A DNA stretch of 64,000 nt, from positions 5,456,001 through 5,520,000 of the forward strand of contig OZ024748.1 in NCBI GenBank assembly GCA_964016885.1, in the 5' to 3' direction. Below the pieces are notes generated by a model, which searched no databases, had not been told where the DNA came from, and was given only the letters and a program-made list of their open reading frames with translations. The translations under genes were made by a program, and so were the position numbers. This stretch comes from Eledone cirrhosa. Its lineage: Eukaryota. Shown piece after piece: positions 44,591 to 58,533 of this stretch; position 1 is the stretch's first letter; each line of letters opens with the position of its first letter.

Positions 44591-44673
<83 letters not shown>

Positions 44674-45247
44674 TACTTTAATATGAATAAATCATGACAC
44701 ATATATTTAAATAAAACAAAGAGAGAAACATATAAGATATATATGAACGTCTGGTTCTTTTGTTCCAATATTTAGATGTTTTTATTTTAATCTCTTTTTG
44801 CGAATTATAATTATTGGTTTGTATTTTAAAAGTTAAGTGAGAGTGGAGAGATTGCCGAGGCTGAATGCTTCTATTCTGACTCTGCTTTTCTAAGCATGAG
44901 AAAAGAACATCGTGAGGTGGCATAGTAATCCTATCCTGGGTTTTCTAGTGAAGGGAGGGGGGGGGGGGGTTTCCTAGTTTTCTGTTTTATCATGATTATA
45001 TATTACAGATACTGATTTTGTTATATACACATTTTTTTATTTTGTTTTTGTTGTTGTTTTTGATGTCTCCTTTCATTTATTCGATGTAAAATATATTTTG
45101 TGTTTTTTCTCTTTTTTCTGGCCCCAATGTCTTGGGCTCTTGTGGCCAGTAAAAGAAATCATCATCATCATCATCATGATCACCACCACCTTCATCATCA
45201 TCATCATCATAATCATCATCATCATCATCATCATCATCGTCATCATC

Positions 45248-45301
<54 letters not shown>

Positions 45302-45327
45302 GCTTTTTATTTTTATCATTATTATTG

Positions 45328-45797
45328 GTAACTTTGCCTTTCATCCTTAAGGAGTCGATAAAATAAAATACCAGTTATGCACTGGCGTCGATTTAATCGA
45401 CTTTCTCCTCCCTCAAAGTTGCAAGCCTTGTGTCTATAGTAGAAATAATAATAATCATTGTTAACTTTGCCTTTCATCCATCCTTACGGGGTCGATAAAA
45501 TAAAGTACCAGTTATGCATTGTGGTCAATTTAATCGAATTGCCCCTCCCCAAAACTGCTGGCCCTGTGCCTAAATCAGAAATCATTATTATTATTGTTAT
45601 TGTAAGGGCTGAGGATTGGCAGTATCGGTAGAGGTTCAGACGCCATGCTTTGCAACATAGAGTTACGACCCTTTATGATCTGAGTCCAAAACCCGCCGAG
45701 GTTAACTTTGCCTTTCGTCCTTACGGGGTCGATAAAACATAGTACCAGTAATGTACTGTGTAATTGCTGGCCTTGTGCCTAAAGTAGAAACAATTAT
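45328..45797 (+). mobile_element. Tandem cluster of three S1 SINEs (two 5'-truncated, one full length)
   Basis: Copies start at about 45328 and 45459 (both at (G)TAACTTTGCCTTTCATCC) and at 45605 (full head); they are separated by ATT-rich tails. Confidence 0.9.
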
Positions 45798-46082
45798 TAT
45801 TATTGTAATTTTAACCGTGACGACCAGTTGCTATTTTTTATTTTTATAAACTGACAACTTTCTAGATTGAAAAGTAATTTGAAAATTCTGCGATAAATTT
45901 CCGTAGAACCCCAAAAGACCTTTAAATTATTTTATTGCTTTTTATTGTACCCCTTTTGGGAGACGGTTGGTGGTTGGTTAGGGAAGGATAGGAAGTCAAG
46001 TGAAATTAAACCTTTATTTCCCTTTCACGTGTTTATTATTTTCTATGTTTTTTTTCCCTTTGATATATTTATTTTTTCCTCT

Positions 46083-46113
<31 letters not shown>

Positions 46114-46410
46114 CGTTCGTAAATTCGTTCTATCCATCGGCCTAACTTTCTTTCTCTCTTTGTCTTTTGCCCTTGTGTTTGCTGAACTGTGATGAGATAA
46201 GAGAGAACGGCTCAACCGACTGAGCAACTAGTGGACATATTTATAGTTGGTCTTTTACTTTAACTAGCCGCCTCTATTTAAATAAAACCATAAATCAAAT
46301 ATATAAAATAATAGAATAGATAAAAATAAAGTAAAACTTTAACTAAATATTTATGATCCTTCTCTGACGAGCGTCCGCTTTAATTTACTTCTATCTATCT
46401 AACACCCCTC

Positions 46411-46441
<31 letters not shown>

Positions 46442-46616
46442 GAATCTCTGACCAGCGTCCGCTTTAATTTACTTCTATCTATCTATCTAACACTCTCACG
46501 CCCTCTCTCTCTCCACCGCTCTCTCCCTATCTCTTTTGCTCTCTGTCCTTCTCTTTCACTCTCTCTCTCTCTATATATATATATATCTATATATATCTCT
46601 ATATATATAGATAGTG

Positions 46617-46650
<34 letters not shown>

Positions 46651-46891
46651 CACACACACTATCTCTCTCTCTTTCTCTCCCCCCCCCCCATCTCTCTCTA
46701 TTATATAGTAAGGGTATTGTTGGTCTAAGCTGTGTTGACTGGAGGTGCAAACAAATGGGAGTACGTGTATATAATTAGAGAAAAAAGATAAAAACGTCTT
46801 TATGTACCATATGGAATACAGAAACATGTATGTATATATATATATATATGTAATTTATATGTACAGTACATTCATCTCTCTCTCTCTCTTT

Positions 46892-46939
<48 letters not shown>

Positions 46940-46991
46940 TGTATGTACTGTACATATAAATTACATATACACACACACACACACACACATA

Positions 46992-47063
<72 letters not shown>

Positions 47064-47085
47064 TATGTGGGTGGGGGTGGGGGGT

Positions 47086-47230
47086 ATGTAGATTTCCGAT
47101 TTGTGTCGGGGTGTGAGTAACCACAATTAAAAAGGTAATTAATACGTTGGCATAGAATAGAGAATTTTATTATATAAAGAAATGACATTTACAGGACTAG
47201 AACTGTTTCAGTCGTTTGAATTCATCCTGA
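47086..47230 (-). mobile_element. Family B insert, diverged
   Basis: ACAGGACTAGAACTGTTTCA and GTAACCACA segments are shared with the 40571 and 50646 copies. Confidence 0.7.
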
Positions 47231-47245
47231 TATATATATATATAT

Positions 47246-47352
47246 GTTAATTGCTCTGGTCTTCTTTTAGTCCAATGAGCGCTTGCCGCATATCTCGAAA
47301 TTGCGTTTCGCTTTGTTTTTGACCACAGCCGAAATACGATCTCGCTGAAATT
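47246..47352. mobile_element. Family L insert
   Basis: Homologous to the end of 29821-30027. Confidence 0.55.
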
Positions 47353-47584
47353 ATATTTGTATACATATATATATATATATAATAACTAGAAATTGATTAA
47401 CATATAAATATACATGAATAATCACAGGAGATAATTTTTACACGCGTGTAACCACGCATAGCTAGTTTGGGTAATAATTAAATTTATACCTTTAAGTATG
47501 ATTAAGCTTCCTTGTATATATCCCGTTATGACATGACACCCACAATTTCGATTTGGATTAAATTCATTTAATTTATCTTAATTT

Positions 47585-47636
<52 letters not shown>

Positions 47637-47650
47637 CAACAGTGACATAA

Positions 47651-47700
47651 ACAGGTACTCAAGTTTCGTTGGGTTCTGGGCCCCAATTTCTTCATCCTGT
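47651..47700 (-). ncRNA. Family C hammerhead copy with mutated core
   Basis: Reverse complement: ACAGG-ATGAAGAA-ATTGGG...CCCAAC-GAAAC-TTGA-GTA-CCTGT; same stem I and 3' flank (TATGTCA) as 44293. Confidence 0.6.
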
Positions 47701-48138
47701 CACGAGAAGAATAAAAAAAAACTTATATATGTATGTATGTATCTGTGCGTGTGTATACATATATTTATTTATCTCTCTAAGTACCTACCAAAAAATGTTG
47801 GTGTGAGTGTGTGTTCGTATGTGTGTATCTGAGTGTGTTTAAAAGCATGTGTCTATGTAGGTTTACAACATCTGTTTCTTCTCAGTATTCACACGTACAA
47901 AGAAAAAATACCGACACCGACGACAATAACAACAATAAGAATTACAATAGCAAACCACCCTGACCATCTCAGTCCTTCTGTCCAACACCAATAAAACATT
48001 AAATCATGGTCCTCATTAGTGAGAACGCTTAAGAGATACCATTACACTCTCATCCAACAAAAATGTCGCCACCTTCATTATAACTGCTATCACTTCGACC
48101 AAATCTACCACTAAATTAATCATCAACACCATTACTAT

Positions 48139-48312
48139 TGGTGGATTAGCAGTATCAGAGCATTGGACAACATGCTTTATGGAATTGAGTTACAACCCTT
48201 TACGTTCTGAGTTCAAATCCCGTCGATGTTAGTTTTGTCTTTCATCTTTACGAAGTCGATTTTCCCCTCCCCACCAAAAACTGTTGACCTTGTGCCTCAA
48301 TCAGAAACCATT
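48139..48312 (+). mobile_element. SINE S1, diverged, with internal deletion
   Basis: Head and B box GAGTTCAAATCCC present; the centre is shortened. Confidence 0.8.
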
Positions 48313-48540
48313 ACTTCTAACATTTACACCACCACCTACATCAACAAAAGCAATGTCACCGCCACCAACAACATAACCACCATCGATATCATTGCCATTA
48401 CTAGCTTCCCAACCAACACCAACACCATCTCATTCCACAACTACCCACCCCACCAACATCACCACTACCACGCTAACTAACAACAACATCACCATCAACA
48501 GTCTCACCATCTCAGTCCACAACCACCACCCACCACCAAT

Positions 48541-48900
48541 ACCACTAATATCCCCACCACTACACTAACAGTCACAACATCACCACCACCTCACAACAAC
48601 CACCACCAATACCACTAATATCCCCACCACTACACTAACAGTAACAACATCACCACCACCTCACAACAACCCCCACTATTACCACTAATATCCCCACCAC
48701 TAGACTAAGAGTAACAACATCACCACCACCTCACGACAACCCCCACTATTACCACTAATATCCCCACCACTACACTAACAGTAACACCATCAAGACCAAC
48801 ACCAACACCATCTCAGTCCACTACCACCACCCACCACCACAACCACTAATATCCCAACTACTACACTAAAAGTAACACCATCACCACCAACACCACTACC
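48541..48900. repeat. 70-bp minisatellite
   Basis: ACCACTAATATCCCCACCACTA starts at 48541, 48611, 48681 and 48751. Confidence 0.92.
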
Positions 48901-49685
48901 ATCTCTCCCCCAAGCAAGCAACACCATTACCATCATTACAACCACCCAATTACTACCACCCCTTTCCTATCGGGGAAGAAGGACATCATGTAAAGTATGG
49001 CTGATGCAGCAGGTATCGCTGGCTTCTGATCTCCACGACAACACTCATTATCTTCCCAGAAGCACAGCAAGATATGTCGTCTTACATTTAACCTGTTTTA
49101 TATTATCTTTTTTATTTATTATTTTCTTATCATTTGTTGGTTCATAAACGAGAATTTAGTTGTATTGGATACTAATTTACATAACGAATGATAAAGAACT
49201 TATTATAAGCAAAAATTTGAGACATAAAAGAGGAACAGCGACCATGTTTTCTTTATACAGCGGATACAGATATCGGGAAAGATAGAGAGAAAACATTGAG
49301 GAAATGAGCGAGAAGGGAGAGCTTATTTACGGACAGGAAGGAGGAAAAAATTTGGGGGTTATTGTGGGGAAGTCATAAAAAAAATAAAACGATAATTTAG
49401 TTAAAGGTGTCATGAATAATACGGAAGTAAGGGAGAAGGAAAAGAAAGAAAGGAAGTGTGTGAAGGAATGTATAATTTATGATAGTTGTAAGCATTGATT
49501 CATTCAACTTAATCCCAAAGCTAAGAAAGTAAGAAAGAAATAAAGAAAACATAAAATGAAAGAAAGCCGCGAAGGGGTTAACGTATTTAGAAAAAGAGTA
49601 ATAAATATACTTTGTGTGTTTGTGTGTGTGTGTGTGTGTTCATGCGTCTAGTAACAGTTATGGTTTATGCCGTGCTTGTAAATTA

Positions 49686-49729
<44 letters not shown>

Positions 49730-49814
49730 GTGAGTGTATCTATATATATATATATAGAGAGAGAGAGAGTTTTAGTTGAGAGAGAGACAGAGATAGATAG
49801 AGAGGGAGAAATAG

Positions 49815-49851
<37 letters not shown>

Positions 49852-50475
49852 TGGAGAGAGAGATAGAGATAGAGAGAGAGATAGAGAGAGATTGAGTTTA
49901 GAGACAGAGATAGGTAGGTAGATAGAAAGATAGAGAGAGAGAAAACAAAATCATGTATCTCGTTTTATGAAACAATGACACCGTATACTTAAAACTAAAG
50001 GATATATAAATATATATATAAAAATTCATAATTTTTATATTGTTTTACTCTTTCAATGGAATCATTTATATCTTAATTTTAGAATAAAGTAAACAATATC
50101 GCATTCAATGTAAATCATCTGGGAATTTAAGTAGAATTGGTGTTAAAAAGGTTATAAAAACAAAGCCACGGAGAACAGAACTGTAAAAATGTCGCTTTGA
50201 ATTTTTATTTGAAAGTCTTGAAGAGTTCCATAAATAATGGTGTCTAATCTTACCACTGGGATATAAATTCTTGAGGAAAGTCGTACTTCAGCACTGAAAT
50301 GGTACACTTATTTTATTGCATCCTCAGGGATCAGGGATTTAAAGTTCAGAATTCTACCGTGGCTTGGTCTTGAGCTGAAAATTTAAAGGTTTGGAATCCA
50401 CTAGTTCGAAAATGGGGCATGCAGTCTACCTAATATGTCAGTTAAATATACCTATCTGTCAATTTATCTATCTGG

Positions 50476-50626
<151 letters not shown>

Positions 50627-50645
50627 TGTGTGTGTGTGTGTGCGT

Positions 50646-50828
50646 GAATCCCAGGTTTAATCAACGGTAACCACACTATGTAAGGTACTCAATACATAGT
50701 AGAATATATAATGTTTAATATAGAAATGGCTTCTACAGGACTAGAACTGTTTCATTTGAAGGAAATCATCAAGAAAGCCTTCGAATGAAACATTTCAACT
50801 CCTGTAGAAGCCATTTCTACATTAAACA
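50646..50828 (-). mobile_element. Family B insert with partial inverted duplication
   Basis: 50712-50762 is inverted against 50778-50828; the minus strand retains TTGATGA-TTTCCTTCAAAT-GAAAC-AGTTCT-AGTC. Confidence 0.8.
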
Positions 50829-50929
<101 letters not shown>

Positions 50930-50976
50930 TAAATATATATTGGTGTGTATGAGTGCAATATAAATATATATTTATT

Positions 50977-51047
<71 letters not shown>

Positions 51048-51386
51048 AACTATAACTGTATGTCTGATGACACGAAGTGGAAGTACGTATATTCAGATCT
51101 CCGCCCCCGCAACAATATATATTTGGTTTGTCATGCTATTAGTGTCGCCATTAAAGCCGGCCATTACGAGTCAGATGTTTAAATATCAGTAACATAAGAC
51201 ACAAACCAGCAACAGACATACAACCATCAATACAAACAAACAGCTGGTGAAACGACAAACCATCCAACCATCCGACAAACCAACAAGCCAACTGACCGAT
51301 CGGACAAGAACCAACAGGCCACTACATATTTCCATTTCTTTGTAGCAATTCCTCATCTTCTCAGCATTATATGGTGTGTGCATGTA

Positions 51387-51574
51387 GGCGGTGGATTGCC
51401 AGTATCGGTAAAGGGTCGGACGCCATACTTTGACACATAGAGTTACGGCCCTTGCCATTCTGAGTTCAAATCCCGCCGAGATTAACTTTGCCTTTCATCG
51501 TTCCGGGTTCGATAAAATAAAGTACCAGTAATGCACTGGTGAATTGCTGGCCTTGTACCAAAAGTAGAAAAATG
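51387..51574 (+). mobile_element. SINE S1 with 18-bp TSD
   Basis: TSD ATATGGTGTGTGCATGTA at 51369-51386 and 51575-51592. Confidence 0.96.
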
Positions 51575-52893
51575 ATATGGTGTGTGCATGTATGTATGTT
51601 GACTTGCTCTTCTTTTTGGTAAATACCATCTTGGTTAAGAGAGTGGGACTGGCTTTGTGCAGTGCCTTGCTCACTATAAAAGCTTCACGGTACAGGCATT
51701 GCTTTATATCTGGAGATCTCTCTGCACTTGTCGTCACATGGTACCATGGTCCCAGCACTATGTGTCAATAATTGTCACAAGTGTAGGGTTTGTACCAGAG
51801 TTTTCAAGCCGCTGGTTGGACTAAAAAGTCACACTTGTTCAGCGCATCAGTAGGGGTTCTCCTACATGGATATAAAGTAGTGGACGTACTCGAAAACGAG
51901 TTGGCAGCCACCATGTATATATGTATGTATATTTGTATATGTACTTGTATATACGCATGTATGTATGAATGTAGTATGTATGCGCCGATATATGTATTTG
52001 TTTGTATGTATGCATGTATTTTTTTCTGTGGAGCGAGAGACTCCTAGTCTTCATTAAGACATCTCTCTAGGAGATGGTCACTCTGATATAAAATCTGCGA
52101 CTGCGTTTGTATCCAATGATGTTGACTAGTTCTACTTTTGATGTAAATGCATTCGATGTTCAGAGAGTGGGATTGGCTCCGTGCAAATACTTTTCTCACG
52201 AAAAAATGGTTCAAGCACAGGCATCACTTGATACGTGAGATTGTTTTGCGATGCATGCTATTGCTGGCCATAAACAAGTCGCTAGCAGGATAACAAGCCG
52301 CGCCCGGGATGCTCATGCTTAAGTATCAAGCAAAGTTGACCTCTTCGGGATTTAAACATAATACTGTCCACAAATACTGTAGACCGTAATAAAATTAGCG
52401 TGAACATTCTGAAATGTACTGTACCCCATGGCATGGCTGTACCTTTACTACCAGACCCATATATGGTGTTGGCGGTGTCGGTGGTGATGTTGGCGGTGAT
52501 GGAGATTTTGTTGTTCTTGTGGTGGTGATGGTGGTGGTGGTGGTGGTAGTGGTGGTGGTGATGGTGGTGGTGGTGGTGGTAGTGGTGGTGGTGATGGTAG
52601 TGGTGGTGGTGGTGGTGGTGGTGGTGGTGGTGGTGGTGGTGGTGGTAGTAGTGGTGGTGGTGATGGTAGTGGTAGTGGTGGTGGTGGTGGTGGTGGTGGT
52701 GGTGGTGGTGGTGGTGGTAGTAGTGGTGGTGGTGATGGTGGTGGTGGTGGTGGTGGTGATGGTGATGGTGATGGTGGTGGTGTTAATGATAATGATGCCG
52801 ATGATGATGATGGTGGTGGTGGTGGTGATGGTGGTGGTGATTGGTGGTGGTGGTGGTGGTGGTGGTGATGATAATCTTGGTGTTACTGATAAT

Positions 52894-53080
52894 TGTGTCT
52901 ACTTTTGGAACAAGGCCAGCAATTACTCCAGTACATTACTGGTACTTTATTTTATCGACCCCGTAAGGATGAAAGGCAAAGTTGACCTCGGCGGGATTTG
53001 AACTCAGAATGGCAAGGGCCGTAACTCTATGCGTCAAAGCATGGCGTCCGACCCTCTACCGATACTGCCAATCCACCGCC
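52894..53080 (-). mobile_element. SINE S1 with 17-bp TSD, inside a (GGT)n tract
   Basis: TSD TTGGTGTTACTGATAAT at 52877-52893 and 53081-53097. Confidence 0.96.
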
Positions 53081-53540
53081 TTGGTGTTACTGATAATGGT
53101 GCCGATGATGATGGTGGTGGTGGTGGTGGTGGTGGTGGTGGTGGTGGTAGTGGTGGTGGTGGTGGTGGTGGTGGTGGTGGTGGTGGTGGTGATAATGTTG
53201 GTGTTACTGATAATGATGTGGATGAAGGGGTTGTTGGTGTTGTTGGTGATGATGTGTGTAGGGGACAATAAACAGAGAATTACAAGTTTAATAGTTGATT
53301 CATATATTCTTGGAGGGGAATAAAATGAGGGCCGTTAAAGGAACAGGAAGAATGGGACCTGTAGCAGGTGGACAGAGGTAGGGTGGTGGGTCTTCTCAAC
53401 CCTCTTACTACTCCCTTTAGTCAAGAAAAAGAGAAGGAACATAGAGAAGAAGAAAACGAGGAAGAAGATTAGAAAGACAGAGACAAATAGATGCAGTGAA
53501 AGAAAGCAACAATGTACACACACACACATATACACTCACT

Positions 53541-53584
<44 letters not shown>

Positions 53585-53628
53585 ACAAAGTGAGGGCATA
53601 TATATATATGTTTGTGTGTGTGTGTGTG

Positions 53629-53678
<50 letters not shown>

Positions 53679-53857
53679 TGAGAGAGAGACGTAATGTGGT
53701 TACGTAAACATAAAATTATAAGTGTAACTTAGAAAGATTTAAGTGACATGTACCAAAATATGAACAAATGTATGTATAACACACACTCACACGCACACAT
53801 ATATATATATGTATATATATACATACATACACGCACTCATATATATATATACACACA

Positions 53858-53891
<34 letters not shown>

Positions 53892-54210
53892 CGCATACAC
53901 AGAAAGATGGCCTCTCGTAAATATATCAAGCTGCTCCACTCTATCGGTGGATAGTAATAAAACTAGCTCATAACATTCAACATGGGAATAAATCACCAAT
54001 TGAAAAGCCATAACTTCTTCTCGCTTCATCGTTTTTATAGGCATAAAAGGTTTGTTCTAAAATCGCCATACTTCTTTCTGGTTTGACTGTAGAACAGTGA
54101 GATGTGTATAGAGTGAACGCAGGAATGTGGATTTGAACGATGGATGTGTACTGACGATTGCTTCAGCTGTAGAAGCATGGAGAAATATATGCAAGGATAT
54201 GTATCTATGT

Positions 54211-54244
<34 letters not shown>

Positions 54245-54254
54245 TGTGTGTGTG

Positions 54255-54665
54255 TGTTTGCGTTAGTGCATTTGTGATTCTGTGTATTTTTGTGTTTGTG
54301 TGTTTGTGTTAATGCATTTGTGTATGTGTGTGTTTCTATATATGTGTGTTTGTGTGTGTGTGTGTGTGTGAGTGTGCGTATGTGTTTGCGTTAGTGCATT
54401 TGTGAATCTGTGTATTTTTGTGTTTGTGTGTTTGTGTTAGTGCATTTGTGTATGTGTGTGTTTCTATATATGTGTGTTTGTGTGTGTGTGTGTGTATTAG
54501 TGCATTTGTGAATCTGTGTATTTTTATGTTTGTGTGTTTGTGTTAGTGCATTTGTGTATGTGTGTGTTTCTATATATGTGTGTTTGTGTGTGTGTGTTAG
54601 TGCATTTGTGAATCTGTGTATTTGTGTATATGTGTGTTTGTGTTAGTGTTAGTGCATTTGTGAAT
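54255..54665. repeat. TG-rich minisatellite
   Basis: Recurring TTAGTGCATTTGTGAATCTGTGTA / TTAGTGCATTTGTGTATGTGTGTG blocks. Confidence 0.85.
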
Positions 54666-55386
54666 GTGGGTATTTCTGTGTATGCGTGTTTGTGTATGTG
54701 TTAGTGCATCTGTGTATGTGTGTGTTTGTGTGTTTGTGTTACCGCACGTATTTATGGAAGGGTGGAGGAATGTATGCATTCAATTATGTATGTGTGTGTA
54801 TCTGATTATACGTGTATCTGTGTGTATATATATATATATATATATTTATATGTGTTTGTGTATGTGTGTGTGTTTGTTAGTGCATTTCTGTATATATGTA
54901 TTTGTGTGTGAGCAGGTACGTATGGTAATTTGAATTAATGTATTGGTAGATGTATCTGTGTGTGTGTGTGTGTGTCTGTGTATCTGTATATGTATGTGTG
55001 TGTGTTTGTGTTTGTGCATGTGTCTGTGGAAGGGTAGATGAATATATGCATTTATGTGTGTATGTATGTATGTATCTGTATATATGTGTGGGTGTTTGTG
55101 TTAGTGCAAATGCGAATGGAATGGTGGATGTATGTGAGTGTTTGTGTGTGTGTTTGTATGTGTTTTTATTTGTCTTAGTGTATGTGTGTATGGAAAGATG
55201 GATGGACGTATGTACAGGTATGCCTGTTTGTGTGTACATGTATGTGTGTGTTTGTGTGTACGTGTATGTGTGTGTTTGTCTGTATGTGTATGTGTGTGTT
55301 TGTGTGTACGTGTATGTGTGTGTTTCTGTGTACGTGTATCTGTGTGTTTGTGCGTACATGTATGTGTGTGTACGTGTATGTGTGTG

Positions 55387-56205
55387 TTGATGGTAGTGCT
55401 GGTTGTGTTGGTGGTAGTGGTGGTTGTGTTGATGGTAGTGGTGGTTGTGTTGGTGGTAGTGATGGTTGTGTTGGTGGTAGTGGTGGTTGTGGTGGTGGTA
55501 GTGTTGGTTGTGTTGGTGGTAGTGGTGGTTGTGTTGGTGGTAGTGGTTGTATTGGTTGTGTTGGTGGTAGTGGTGGGTGTGTTGGTGGTAGTGTTGGTTC
55601 TGTTGATGGTAGTGGTGGTTGTGTTGGTGGTAGTGGTGGTTGTGTTGGTGGTAGTGATGGTTGTGTTGGTGGTAGTGGTGGTTGTGTTGGTGGTAGTGTT
55701 GGTTGTGTTGGTGGTAGTGTTGGTTCTGTTGATGGTAGTGGTGGTTGTGTTGGTTGTGTTGGTGGTTGTGTTGGTGGTAGTGGTTGTATTGGTTGTGGTT
55801 GTGTTGGTGGTAGTGTTGGTTGTGTTGGTGGTAGGGGTGGTTGTGTTGGTGGTAGTGGTGGGTGTGTTGGTGGTAGTGATGGTTGTGTTGGTGGTAGTGG
55901 TGGTTGTGTTGGTGGTAGTGGTGGTTGTGGTGGTGGTAGTGTTGGTTGTGTTGGTGGTAGTGGTGGTTGTGTTTCTGGTAGTGTTGGTTGTGTTGGTGGT
56001 AGTGTTGGTTGTGTTGGTGGTAGTTGTGGTTGTGTTTCTGGTAGTGGTGGTTGTGTTGGTGGTAGTGTTGGTTGTGGTGGTGGTAGTGGTGGTTGTGGTG
56101 GTGGTAGTGTTGGTTGTGTTGATGGTAGTGGTGGTTGTGTTTCTGGTAGTGGTGGTTGTGTTGGTGGTAGTGTTGGTTGTGTTGATGATAGTGGTGGTTG
56201 TGGTG
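55387..56205. repeat. 21-bp minisatellite (GGTTGTGTTGGTGGTAGTGGT)
   Basis: GGSGGCV heptad in the ORF track. Confidence 0.93.
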
Positions 56206-56426
56206 GTGGTGGTAATGGTGGTGATGATAGTGAAGGTGGTGGTGTTTGTGTTGCTGCTGCAGAAAGCAGGCAGGAGTTGTTTTAAAACTGTTGCTCCAAA
56301 CGTATCGTATAACTTAATTTATTAGAGAACTGTTATTGCTGCTTGTTATCCATTGACTTTTATGCAATATAACGTATTATGGCTGATATTATATAATATA
56401 ATATGTATTGTGATTAGCATTATTAC

Positions 56427-56527
56427 AGCGGTGGATTGGCCGTATCGGTAGAGCGTCGGACAACATACTTTGCAGCATAGAGTTATGGTCCTTTATGGTC
56501 AGAGTTCAAATCCCGCTGATGTTACCC
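56427..56527 (+). mobile_element. SINE S1 head only
   Basis: GCGGTGGATTGGCCGTATCGG...GAGTTCAAATCCCGC, then homology is lost. Confidence 0.85.
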
Positions 56528-56820
56528 TACATTGGGAGATTTAATGTTCCGAATTTTTTGTATTATTTTTCTTTTTCTTCTATTTATTATATTAATGTAA
56601 ATCTCAGCTCTTCCTGATCTTTACTTTAGTCCTTTGTGACTATATGTGTGTGTATTCACACACACACACACACACATACACACACACATATATATTTTTA
56701 ATGCGATGAAATACCAATGATGGTTGGCAAATCACTGATGAGGGACTAATCTTACAATATGTAATCCATGTGCAACCACGCAGTATTCTTCTCCCCTTGA
56801 TTTTCATATATATATATATA

Positions 56821-57209
56821 TATATTAGTAAAAAGGAAAAGAAAATGCTTACAAATTTTTCCCAGTGAAAAATAGTTTAATTAGGAATAAGTATAAATTA
56901 GTAATAAGTATTGGTTAGTATTCAGTTTTAGTTTTAAGTTTTTACCGGTTGCGCATTTCTAATGCTTTTCAAAAATAATTTTGAGATAGAGCGACCGTGA
57001 TGTTTGCATACATCACGGTCGCTCTATCTCAAAATTATCTTTGAAAAGCATTAGAAATGCGCAACCGGTAAAAACTTAAAACTAAAACTGAATACTAACC
57101 AATACTTATTACTAATTAAACTATTTTTCACTGGGAAAAATTTGTCAGCATTTTCTTTTCCTTTTACTAATATATCACAACTCGTGTGTTACACCTCTAT
57201 TCTTTTAAA
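56821..57209. mobile_element. Family F fold-back element (arms about 165-185 bp plus 34-bp tail)
   Basis: 56821-57003 pairs with 57010-57175 (centre GATGT-TTGCAT-ACATC); the left arm has an extra 17-bp near-duplication; (TA)n flanks. Confidence 0.9.
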
Positions 57210-57327
57210 TATATATATATATAAATACATGGAAAGTTATATTTAAATTGTTGGGTTACAACTAGTAAAAATCAACTACTGCCAAATCAACTTTTTCAAA
57301 TACAAGTCGATGTTGAACGGTATGTCA

Positions 57328-57465
57328 AATCTATTTATCTATAAAACTGTCTATATTGTATTTTGTCTGAGGAAGGCATAACATATTGTTAATATGATAT
57401 CCCTGAAATATATATAATGAAATAAATATGGTTTTATAAATATAGTTTCCATTTATTTAATATCG
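57328..57465 (+). mobile_element. Family I insert, second copy, hammerhead at 57359-57424
   Basis: Few differences from 28786-28925; stem II closes with an A-U pair here. Confidence 0.85.
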
Positions 57466-57539
<74 letters not shown>

Positions 57540-57598
57540 TATACTTTTGTAATAGAAAACTTTGGGAATAGAGTAGTTTCATTTTGTGTTGTTCACTT

Positions 57599-57670
57599 TC
57601 TAATTAAATAGCTCTGTTCTATACATAGAGCACTCTCTTTTCCTTTGCTTTTCCTTCGGAATTACGTAAC
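57599..57670 (-). mobile_element. Family E terminus fragment
   Basis: Reverse complement matches 7406-7470. Confidence 0.7.
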
Positions 57671-57699
57671 ACACACACACACACACATACCTATATATG

Positions 57700-57845
<146 letters not shown>

Positions 57846-58319
57846 TGTGTGTTGTGTATTATATATGTATATATGTATATGTATATATAAAAAAGTGTTT
57901 ATGTACCTATTTATGTATGAATGTACAACTTTGATAAAATGATAATACCGTATCAACCAAGCCCTACCATCACACATTGCCACAACGATATCATGAACAA
58001 TGATGTGAGCATCTACTATACAAACAAGAAAAAATAACAGTGGACATATATATATATATATACTCGAGACAGTAACAAAAGTAACAATACGTGAGCAAAA
58101 TTCAAATTATATAATAAAAAAAAATGCAAAGATAAATAGACACCACAGAAAAAATGCTCGCAACTCTAACAAGAACTATGAAAACTGCACAAAATTCATC
58201 AATAATTTCAACAATGGAAACTTCAACAATAGCATCCGCAGAATATACATGCATAGATACAGACACACGGACACACACACTCACTCAAACACAGATACAT
58301 ACATACATACATACATACA

Positions 58320-58378
<59 letters not shown>

Positions 58379-58459
58379 TATAATAAATACTATATGCATA
58401 TATATAATATATATATATATATACGATAATAAAGGTTATATATATAAATATACAAATAG

Positions 58460-58531
<72 letters not shown>

Positions 58532-58533
<2 letters not shown>

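Noticed and set aside
46361-46495. CTGACGA-containing 45-bp direct repeat
   Set aside because: It is a local tandem duplication across a CT tract, with no GAAA or stems.
51600-52330. Complex sequence possibly from an old LINE 5' region
   Set aside because: No recognisable motif or second copy in the window.
55138-56325. Gly/Cys-rich (GGSGGCV)n and poly-Val ORFs
   Set aside because: These translate a 21-bp minisatellite and TG repeats; no signal peptide or splice context is evident.
56735-56790. CTGATGAGGG... as a hammerhead
   Set aside because: No GAAA follows the weak hairpin; at best a heavily decayed remnant.
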